NCBI GenBank assembly: GCA_008632985.1
Contig: QPGO01000116.1
Span: 186,001 to 250,000, forward strand
DNA length: 64,000 nucleotides
Direction of reading: 5' to 3'
DNA from: Psammoneis japonica
Taxonomy: Eukaryota
Below the pieces are notes generated by a model, which saw only the letters and a list, made by a program, of their open reading frames with translations, ran no database searches and had not been told where the DNA came from. Positions 35,444-45,500 of the stretch are shown here, in pieces. The position numbers were made by a program, and so were the translations under genes. The first letter of the stretch is position 1. The number at the start of each line of letters is the position of its first letter.

Positions 35444-37700
35444 GTCTCTGATGGGCAGGCATTGCAAATCGAGCTGCAAATGGGACCCACATTTGGCGGC
35501 AACATTTTGAGTCAACAGTGACTTTGCAGAGCTGTTCTGGGGTGGAATGTTGTCACAGAGCTTCAAGGGAAGTGCGGTTGTGCACTTGTGTTGAAAAGGG
35601 TCATGCTGCACTGAAGCATGGCTCCAAAACCATGGAGAACGGCCATTGCAAAATCTGTCCAAGTGTTCACAATCAGTGTTTTACAAGATTCTTGCAGAGT
35701 CCTTTTTATTTCCCCCTTGCACTTCACAGTTCCTGCTCAAGCTTCTTCCGTTGCTCCTTTCAGTTGGCCTTTCCTTTGTTCTTGGCAGGGGTTGGGTGCA
35801 TTTGGGGCATCGGACGTGTGTCAGTGGTGCCGTTGGCCATCAACAGTGAGGCACAATTGTCATTGTCAAAAAGACACTTTCTGCTGGTGATCTCTCTCTT
35901 GTCAGCAGTGGCCCGGGTCCATTGTTTTGTCCTTGATTCGGCTTTTCGGACTTTCTCGTTTGGAACAAGCGAAGTGCCTCTTGGCCACACCATGCTTTGT
36001 CCGCTTCTGACTTTGGATTCCCTCGGTTTATTTCCTTGACAACTTCGCAATCGGGAATCTTCCTGCTTCCAATGCCCACAACATTGCAACCACCCGCTGC
36101 TTGTTCGCTCATTTCAACAACGGGTCGATTTTCTGTTGGTGTTCTCACCGCTCTGCATGGCACTCCTCCGCCGCAAGGTCACAGTCTTCATGGAAAGTGT
36201 GACTTCTAATGCACTGCACGATTTTGCAACCGTTCTTGTTGTTGCCTTGGGTGGGAGCTTGGGCAGCAGTCGCGGACCTGCCGCCAGGTTGCTCCGAGTG
36301 AGGAGAACTGGTCGACTGGTCACCCCAGAGAAGTGCAAATGCTTTGGTCAAGACTGGGGAGTTAAGGCCCGGCCGCCCTGAGACTAAGGAGTTCGGGCCC
36401 GGCCCAGTCGAGATTGAGGGTGCGGGCAAGGCTGACCTGACGAATCCTGGGATGAGTCAGGTTTGGCCTGCGATCATCAAAGACAGGAGCGGAGAGAACA
36501 ATCAAAGGCAGTGAGTGAGGGATGACTCGCGGTCAACACAAACAAGATGGAGAAGCAACTGAATGCACTGACTGCTGCTGTTGCGGGACGCTGCTGGCTC
36601 TTCGATGCGTTTTTCCAATTTGGCAATCGTCGCTTCGAACTTGGCCTTGTCGGCTTCCGCCCGGTCGGCCCGGAGTGTCTCGTCTGCTTTCTCCTCTTTC
36701 AACTTGCTCCAATCGAAGCTGGCGATTGGTGGCTTCCGCCCGGTCGGCCTGGAGTTTCTCGTCGATTTTCTTCACTGCCAACTCAGCCATGTCTTTGTGG
36801 CAAGAAACGACTGCCGCCAATGCCGAACTCTCCAAATCTCGTACACCCAACAAGAGACGCTTGAACGATTCTTCATTCTCCTTGGTGGATCCATTCACCT
36901 TGCTGATGGCATTCGCCTCCTTTCGGCACCCATCGGCTTTTGCCTGGAAGCTTCCCTTCTCGGGATGGTTGGGGTTGATCACAGGAAGAAAAGCATCCAC
37001 CGTCCAAAGTGCCGTGAAAAGTCGATGTTCCACCGAAGGGTAAATTGTAGACCGAATGCTTTGACAACAATTTTTTACAGAATGGCTCTTACGGAGTATG
37101 ATCATGCCTCAAATGGCGCGCTGTTGGAGACGGCATGTGGGCTTTGTGATTTCGCAAGGCAGGCTTTGGAGTTCATGTCGAGTGTGCGGGTGCTGGAGAA
37201 ATGGTCCAACAAGTCGCGAGATGGTTTCTTCCATGCGTCGGAGAAGGTGGTCGGGGTGGCATCCGAGAAAGAACTAACGGTTGTCACATGGTCATGGTCC
37301 GCGTGGATCGAGTCAGGGATTTCACGATTTTGACTCTTCCGGTCTTTGGAATTTTTTCTTGCTTGATTTTTTTCCAGATGTTTCTTCCATGCGTCGGAGA
37401 AGGTGGTCGGGGTGGCATCCGAGAACGAACTAACGGTTGTCACACAGCATGGTCCGCGTGGATCGAGTCAGGGATTTCACGATTTTGACTCTTCCGGTCT
37501 TTGGAATCTTCTTCCTCCTTGGCCTTGATTTTCTTTTCCACATTGGACTGGTCGATTTTGCAATGCTTTTGGAAAAGCATTGATGCCATGATTGCATTGC
37601 TGGGCAAAGCAAGTGGCTTGGCATAGATCCTCCTGCGACTGGAAGACCTTCTTGATGACTTCGATTTGTTGTCTAGTGTTGCATCGAAGGTGCCATGGCA
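35444..37700. mobile_element. Middle of block C: unassigned TpA-depleted but CpG-rich insertion with short internal duplications
   Basis: Fragmented minus-strand coding-like stretches (for example 36533-37105) with no recognised domain. Confidence 0.4.
37225..37507 (+). repeat. Near-tandem duplication of ~127 bp (37225-37352 and 37381-37507)
   Basis: tttcttccatgcgtcggagaaggtggtcggggtggcatccgagaa...gatttcacgattttgactcttccggtctttggaat is present twice. Confidence 0.9.
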
Positions 37701-37707
37701 TGCTGCG

Positions 37708-39184
37708 CTACCGCATGTGCTTCTTGACACCATTGCACAGACCTTCATAGTCACACGCATTTGCGGCCTCGAATGCTTCCGCACAGGTGGAGTGCCGCGC
37801 ACCAGTGTTTGTACCAGGCATTGTCAGCTGAGCCAGAGATGACACCAACGAATGTAAATCATGCTGCGGAGCTGGTTGACACCACTCTGCCAAGGGAATT
37901 TGCGGGTGAATGTGTGGTTCGGGGGCCCCAGCATACAACGTCCTCTCGTTTGCCGGCACACTGGATCCCCAGTCGTTGAGGAGTGCTTCATTGTCGCTCA
38001 AACTAAAAACATTCGATGCCCGAACATCCCGATGAATGATGCCAGCCGCGTGAATTATCTTCAACTTTTGGACAAGTTGTTCAACATGAGCTTTCGTAAC
38101 ATCTTCATGCTCAGTGGAGTGCCTTGCGGTGTTGTAAGAGAGCATCTTCCTTCTGTCGCAACAACACAAGGCACCTGCACAATTGGCGTTGTGGTGTCCC
38201 TTGTCGCATCCGAAACAATCTTCCAAGCTTTCTCTGTTCGAGAAGCATTTTCCTAGCGACACCACCATCGTCACACAGTTTCGCAACAACTGACTCCCCT
38301 CCATGCGTTGCCCCGAATGCACGACAAGTCCCTCCAGGTCAGAGAGGTTCACGAAAGGTGACAGGCAATCCATTGACAACGGGTGGTTGACGATGCCCTG
38401 TGTCTTCACACATCAGTTGAAGCCAAATTTTCATACCATGTTCAAAATTCATGACGTTTGACATGCACCATCGAACGAGAAATGGTGATGTAGTAGATCT
38501 GCAACCTTTGACGAGAACAATGAGGTGGTTGTCAGTGACAAATCCATGCCGAACTGCCTCGCAGGTTGAGGTCGAGCATTCGATGCACGTAGAGCATTAT
38601 TTGGCCTTTTTCTGACGCAGATGTTCCCGTCCAAGTGCTTCCCTTGCAGTCTCCTGCTGCAACAAAGTCTGTCGCTAATGGCTTAGCCACACCTGAAGAG
38701 AAAAAGGAAATGTCAGGGATCTTTGTGCCAAGATGTGCGATCTCATAACCGTTGTTCAATGGCGGTAGGATGTTGTGTTGGCTCAGAACGGCGTTCCAAT
38801 ACGGTTTGACGGTATTTCTTTCCGACCCACTGTTGTCTGAAGCTTGTTTGAGGTTTGAGGCACGCTGGTGGCTCAACGGAGCTTGAGTTGATGGGCATCA
38901 GTGCCTCTGGTTGCCAAGCTTCGATCCTGTCCTCTCGTGCTTTCTCATCGTAGTATTCCGCATAGCTCACAGCTCTCGATTCGTTGATCAAGCTTTTTCA
39001 ATGCCCGTAGATCCTCTTGCGCTACGCTGCGCTCCTGCTTCTGTTGTGTGAGCTGTTCAAACCGTGTCTTGAATTCCACTCGTTCGGCAACAGATACAGC
39101 ATTGAACTCTTCAGGTTCGATTGGAATATCTATTAACCATTTCTTATAGGCTTCGTTGGTTATCCTATCCCAAGGAGTCGTCAT
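37708..39184 (-). pseudogene. Disrupted gene for a restriction-endonuclease-fold + protein kinase protein (Crinkler/FunK1-like architecture)
   Basis: N-terminal helical header, KIPDISFF...AAGDCKG (PD-(D/E)xK-like), GQIMLY, and kinase motifs GIIHRDVRASN, LNDWG and HDLHSL. Several frameshifts, and apparent Tyr->His/Cys changes in the 3' half. Confidence 0.72.
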
Positions 39185-39657
39185 GATGCTTGTCTCGTTG
39201 TACTTCTGTAGCTAGCGGTATGTAGATACGGTAGATAGAGTAGCAGCTGTTGTACCTATGTCTGCACTCGCGCTGTTTGCTTTTTAGTTCCATTACTGTA
39301 TCCAATTCTACAATTATGTATGTTGTATTTGAACGAGCTCCAAGAGCGAGAAAACTCGCCTCACAGTCTTTTCTTGTTGTCTGTTGTTGTTGCTGCTGCG
39401 CCGCTGCTGCGTTGCAACGTTATTGCATTTTACCTGTGCTTTTGAGAGTTTCGCTGACTCGATAAGCTACAAGAATTCATCACGGTGGTTGTTTAGTAAA
39501 GAATAGTGGAGTGGAACACGTGAAAAAAGTGAAAAAAGACACTGTAATTGGAACTCCAACGAGGAACATACCGTTTTATTTCTGTGCATAACGACGACTC
39601 AATCAAGACTTACAATGACGTGCTGATTTAAAATTCATACTGAGTTTTTCGTAAATC

Positions 39658-41349
39658 ATGAGACAAGAATCACATCGCATTCATTGGCAAGGGCCGAATA
39701 GCACGTCTGCAGCAATTCGAATATCAGAAGCTGCCTGTGCCAAGGACGTGACACAATTGATTCGACAAGCTTTGTCGCTCCCCTTTCCCGTGAATGCGTC
39801 CGAGTCCAAAGACGCGGATGCCCTCGTCTTGGTGGGAACCATTTTTGAATACTTTGGAATCAAGTTTGAACACGAACCGCCCTTTCCAAAGAGTGAGCAA
39901 TTTCACGTGGTGCGGTCTCTCCTACCGTCCGAGCGGCCTCTGGAGGTGCGGGATGCCATGGTGGGGTGTCTCTTGGAGCGGTACGGAGCGACCGATAAGA
40001 AATCATATCAATTGCAGTGGTTCTTTGTGCCTGGGACAGAGCCATCGGGGAATATACCAAATGTTGTAGAGCTAGATGGATACTGCACATCCATGGAGGA
40101 TGACTATAGTGATGATGAAAACGACGAGGAGAGTGACAGCATCGAGGAGAGTGACAGCATCAGCAGGGAAAGCATAGCAAGGGAAAACGGGCCAGCAGCA
40201 CAAAATTTAAACAACACCAGCGCTGATGTTCCCTGGTGGAAACGAAACTCTTGTACCAAGCAACGACAAGAACAATGTCAAATGAGTAAAGCAGATCGTA
40301 TTGTTGCACGAGAACAACGTCGCCTGATGGAATTGAGCAATTGCAAATCATCTCTGGACCATCACTGTGTCTCGGGCTACCTTTTGAAGAGATCCAAACG
40401 TGACGTTCATGTTTGGAGACGTGTACATGCAAACCTGTGGTACGTGACCCGTATTCAGCAAAACAACTTGGCGCGACATGGAAAATTGACGCTGAGTCGG
40501 GCGCACCTCGAGGAACCACAACATTCGTATCGAATTCCATATGCGTTTGAACTTGTCGAGTCTGGAACATCCCATGTATTCCGTGCTTCCACCAAGAATT
40601 TACAAGCGCGGTGGGTAGCAAGTATACGACAACGCATACTGACGTGTCTGGACAATGGATCCATGGAGTATGCCGAACTGATTGTACAGGATGAAACAGA
40701 AGCACGCAACAAGCGACAGGCACAAGTGGCACTCCCAGCAGCGCTCATCGAAAACATTTCAGCCAATGATTCATTATCTTTACAACAACAAATGACGAGT
40801 GTGGTTCGTTTCGGAATGGCAGTGGCCAAGTACAGAGAGCGGTGTCGACACGTGCACGCCGTGCTTCCCCGCGAGACAATGGTTGTCGCGGCTTCCACAC
40901 GACCGCAGGACCCAAGTAGTAATGGCCCGTCAATGAGTACTACTGAGCAACCAACTCCCAAGAAACAATTGTTGGACCCAATCACGAGAGAAATGATTCG
41001 ATCTGCATGGGAAGAGGCAGCGTTGTTACTCACCGAAGCTACTCAAGTTGCGTTTGCCCTTCCAGGTGGGACAATTGCGGGATTGAACAATGGCAAGCGC
41101 TTGAATCGAACAGTGGAAACCGCATGTCGGCATGTAGATTATGTCCTTACAGGCCGATTTCGCAGCATGAATGAGAATGGTCTTTTTGAAGGAAAAGAAC
41201 ATGCAGCCCCGCCGGTTCGCAACGATGCTGATGATCCACCACCGACTGACCTGTTTGATCATTTGTTGGTGGAAATACAGGCACTCTGTTCAGCCAAGCA
41301 ATCAAAAGAACACCCGGAGACAAATGGTACATCCAATGGGGGAAACTGA
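39658..41349 (+). CDS. PH-domain protein with an N-terminal ubiquitin/RA-like region
   Basis: Intact 563-aa ORF with PH motifs SGYLLKRSKRDVHVWRRV...YAFEL...HVFRASTKNLQARWVASI. Confidence 0.82.
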   Translation: MRQESHRIHWQGPNSTSAAIRISEAACAKDVTQLIRQALSLPFPVNASESKDADALVLVGTIFEYFGIKFEHEPPFPKSEQFHVVRSLLPSERPLEVRDAMVGCLLERYGATDKKSYQLQWFFVPGTEPSGNIPNVVELDGYCTSMEDDYSDDENDEESDSIEESDSISRESIARENGPAAQNLNNTSADVPWWKRNSCTKQRQEQCQMSKADRIVAREQRRLMELSNCKSSLDHHCVSGYLLKRSKRDVHVWRRVHANLWYVTRIQQNNLARHGKLTLSRAHLEEPQHSYRIPYAFELVESGTSHVFRASTKNLQARWVASIRQRILTCLDNGSMEYAELIVQDETEARNKRQAQVALPAALIENISANDSLSLQQQMTSVVRFGMAVAKYRERCRHVHAVLPRETMVVAASTRPQDPSSNGPSMSTTEQPTPKKQLLDPITREMIRSAWEEAALLLTEATQVAFALPGGTIAGLNNGKRLNRTVETACRHVDYVLTGRFRSMNENGLFEGKEHAAPPVRNDADDPPPTDLFDHLLVEIQALCSAKQSKEHPETNGTSNGGN

Positions 41350-41442
41350 GAGACTAGAGTTATAATCTCAACCGACATATAATCATTGCTAATAACTACA
41401 GAAATTTTGGAAGACTTGAAGGCAGTACTACGTTATCATTTT

Positions 41443-42136
41443 TCAGCGCATAACTCCTCCCTGGATAGTCGGGCATTTGCAAGGTCCAGCAGAAGTCATA
41501 AAGACATGGCCATTCCATGCAGCTGCTCCCTCGTCTGTCGTTTTCATTCCTTCCATGCACGCAGCGAATACCTTCTTCTTTTCCACCTGCGATGCACTCC
41601 ACGGCTCGGGTTTGGGCAATCCATCAAACGTAATCACTTCACCTAGCGGAGCTCCTTCAGGTGGTTCAATAAATTCCACTTTTTCAGATCCATCTTCTTT
41701 TGTTTCGGCTGCACACAATACCATACCGTGACTCTTGAATCCCACCAAATTCTTGGCTTTTAGATTAGATACAACCAACAGCCTCCGATTTAGCATGCCC
41801 TCCTCCGTGTAGTGAGGCCGGAGCCCCGATGCAATCTGACGGGGAGCCTCTCACCAACATCAATTTCTTCACAATACAACTTATCAGCTTTTGGATGGAC
41901 CCATACCTTGGTAATGACGCCCACCTTGAACTCGAGCTTGCAAATGTCGGGCTGATTCTCATTCTTTTGGTTTTCGGCGGTGCTTTGGCACGTTGTTGCT
42001 GCTGCTGTTGCTTTTTCGGTTTCTTGTTGCTATCCTTCTTCTTCTTTACACCTTCTGGAATACCACCGGGAGGGAGGTTCAACTTGGCCTCCAGTTCGGC
42101 AATAAGATCGTCGACAAGGTCGAGTGCGTTCGCCAT
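41443..42136 (-). CDS. tRNA-binding OB-fold protein (Arc1p/EMAP II/MetRS C-terminal-like)
   Basis: Across frameshifts it reads ICKLEFKVGVITKVWVHPKADKLYCEEIDVG..RQIASGLR and VVSNLKAKNLVGFKSHGMVLCA. Frameshifts lie near 41965, 41850 and 41800. Confidence 0.85.
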
Positions 42137-42311
42137 GGTGTTGCCGCTTTTGTTTTTGTCGTTCGCATCGGTTGGGGGGGCGGCCAGGCGCTGACGGTGG
42201 GGAGAAGGCAAGGTAGGATCAGTTCGACTAGAATCACGCGAAATTTCGCGCGGTACAATATTCGAGCTCTCGGCACCTCGCACACTGAAAACAATACACA
42301 GGCAGCCCACC

Positions 42312-43586
42312 ATGACGACGACAACAACAACTGAATTAGATGTGACGGTCCCATCGACTGTGTTAAAAATTCAAGAGTGGATTCTCACTGTGGGAAGAGA
42401 TGTTCGTAGCAATGGTATGCTTGTCAAAGAATTGGCGTTTGAGATGCGACGCCACAACATCCCGGTCGACCGAGTATGGATGGGCACAATATTGATTCAC
42501 CCACAGTGCTCCGCGTGGGTAGTGAAATGGGAGAGCAGTAGCCCTGAAGAAGTGACAGAAGTTCCAATTGAAAAGTCCATCTATGATCGTCGCTTTGAAC
42601 TGGGTGGTCATAATGCGCCAATGCATCAACTGGAGCTAGGCTCTCAGTCTGTCAGGATACGAGCATCCGACGAAGACATTCCAGAAAACAGCCGAGATCA
42701 GTTTGTCGAGAGAGGGTATACTGAAATGTATTGCAGACGACTGAACTTTCGTAAAGAGTTTGCTGGGGGTATTACATTCAACACCAAGAATACCGATGGA
42801 TGGAGTGAGGAGCAAATAGCGTTATTTGATGCAATCCTGCCCTCGCTTTGCACAGTCATTATGCTCCACTTGAAAGAATCATGCTTGCATTCACTGCTAT
42901 GCACCTACCTGGGCAAAGATCCAGGAAACCGTGTGTTTCAAGGGTCAATCGAACGAGGCCAAGGGAGAACGGTAAGAGCCGTTGTCTGGTTTTCCGATGT
43001 GCGAGGATTCACTAAGATGTCAGGAGAATTACCACGCGATACAGTGATTGCGCTGATCAACGATGTCTTTGAAGCCACCGAAAAGGCCTTGTCCAATCAC
43101 GGAGGAGATGTGTTAAAGTATATGGGAGATGGGCTACTTGGCGTGTTTATATCAGAGGGCGAAGAATTTCATGAGGATCCACAAGCCACGGACAGTCTGA
43201 ACGCAGCACGGCAGGCTGATCTGTTTCGGAATGCACGAGAGGCTGCGACAGAGTTGCAAACTTCTTTGAGCAAAATTAGGCACGGAAGAGCATCCAAGGG
43301 TTTGCCTGGGCTGATCTCCAGGTAGGAGTCGGGTTGCACTACGGGGATACTAGTTATGGGAACATTGGTGCTCCAACAAGATTAGATTTTACAGTCATGG
43401 GCCCTCGGTAAATCTCGCTTCACGGGTGGAGGGTCTTTGTGGGAAGCTAAAGTGCCTGTGCTTGCTACAGATGATTTTGTGAGGCGAGATCAACAATTGG
43501 ACGCTTGGAAAAGCCGAGGGCACCACGAGTTGAAAGGAGTGTCAATGCCAGTTGAAGTTTATGAGCTGATACAAGACGAGAGGTAA
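42312..43586 (+). CDS. Class III adenylate/guanylate cyclase with N-terminal GAF-like region, bacterial type
   Basis: YLGKDPGNRVFQGSIERG, VWFSDVRGFT and VLKYMGDGLL. After frameshifts it continues VGVGLHYG..YGNIGAPTRLDFTVMGP..VNLASRVEGLC..HELKGV, with the stop at 43584-43586. Confidence 0.85.
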
Positions 43587-44147
43587 TGTTATATTCTCAT
43601 CGCGAGAAGGGAAAGTTCATTTGCTAGCGTTTGTGTGCGTATATACCGGTATGTGCGAGGTTTGTACAGTCAAACACGGGGATATCTCAGTATCTGATAT
43701 CCAGCGGTCAGCAGTCTTCAGTGTCGTTTAGCGCCGTGTGATTTCTCTCCGCGCTCAGGAACCAAGGATTAATAATTGAAGAAGGTTTTGCACAAAATAA
43801 TTTTCCAAATTAAAACGTTTCTGACAGTCGAGATCGAAATGTCGGGACCATACCTACTAGCTACTAGCTAGAGTCTGCTCTAGCCCTATGAATGTGGACG
43901 ACTAATCCGAATCATTTGCTTTCCCGCGCGTTTTCAATTTTGCTTTTTGCGCGCCAGTGCTCAACTGTCGTCACTCGCCACACTCCACACTGTTCATCAT
44001 TGTGTCACTGGCGGTTTGGAGGTTACCAGGGTATATATTATTACCTTCATGCAAATTGCAAATGCAAGTCTGTTGCATTTGTGTTTCAATCGTCTTGTTT
44101 CGCTTTTTGTCTTTATCCAGCTACCCATACTTGGTTTTCACTCTGTA

Positions 44148-45437
44148 ATGATACGCACATGGACCACCACTTTTTTCCTTGTCGCGACTGCACTACTCAG
44201 TCATGCATGGACATTTTCTCCAATCACACATCACAACTTCAAATCTTGTGAAAGAGCATGTGCACGCCTATTCGCTACAGTATCAGGAAGATACCCTGAA
44301 AAAAGTAAATGTAAAGATGGCAATGATTCCATTGAATCGAGCAAACGAAGACAAGTTGGCGCCGCTATCATAGGAGGCATCCTTTTCACTCCACAGGCCG
44401 CTCCGGCTGGCGAGGTGGGAGCACGAATTACAAAGGCTGTGACACAGTCTGACTTGGGAGTATCGGTCCGAAAATCTGTTGTTCGAGGAGCCCAGGTCTT
44501 TGATCAGGTTGATGGAAAATGGGAACAATTTTCGGATCGATTCGGATTGGGTGCCGAACGATCCAAACAAGGCGGTCGGCCCACTCCAAAGGTGATACCC
44601 GACCCAAAACCGCTTGATTCAAACACTGCTAGGCAAATCATTGATATTTCTGATGCAGCTTTTATAAGCTTGACTGGGATTTCTGCCGATGACTTGCAGA
44701 AACGAGTTGACAAGCTTCAAGAGTTGGCACGACCCTCGTTTGAACGATCAGGGCTTGCGTCCTCCGCCGACGGGACCATTTCGACGGCAGACCAATTCAA
44801 CTTTGCTTCGTACGTGCATTTTAAGGCATACGGAGATTATATGGTACAATCCAAGAAGCCATTCCCTCCCTTCTATAAGGACTTCACAAGTCAAGTGGGG
44901 CAAAACGTTCTTTCCATTCTTGTATCTCCTGAAGAGCTACAAAACAATGAGGCTTCCAAGGAAACGCAACTTAAATCAGCTCTCAAATCGGTGGACGTAC
45001 TTTGTGAGTCCCTAGTGTCAAGAGGACTTGTGGCTGCGACAGACAAGAGCGAAATCGACACGGATCGATACTTGGATTGGCTGGAGGATGATGAAGATCT
45101 GCAGTTCAGCGTGGCGTTGGACGGTGACATTACAAGAGGAGCTCAAATCTTGCTTCAAGAGCAAGGATTTCGACTCTACCCAAACTATGGACGGTTCGCA
45201 ATGTCATGCCTGCTATCGAATCTTTTGCCTACACAAAAGGTGACGGTTGATGAATACTATATGGTGAGTACCGGTACATGAACCAACCCATCCCAAAGAA
45301 AATGAGACGAGCCACTCCTGACTGCTTCATCGTTTCTGCTTCGTCACTTGCATCAACAGGACACTGACTATAACAGCGACCCTAATCTGTATGAAGTCAA
45401 GGAGGTGTTGCTTAACATAGTTTTAGAGAATCAATAG
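44148..45437 (+). CDS. Plastid (probably thylakoid-lumen) protein of unknown function (exons 44148-45263, 45360-45437)
   Basis: Signal peptide ending SHA-W, a transit peptide, twin-arginine KRRQV with a hydrophobic stretch and APA cleavage site, and an in-frame GT-AG intron. Confidence 0.72.
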
Positions 45438-45500
45438 CCGCTATCAGTCTTATAGCTGCATTCAGCTTGTAAACGTTTCTCGCACATTCACACAACTACA

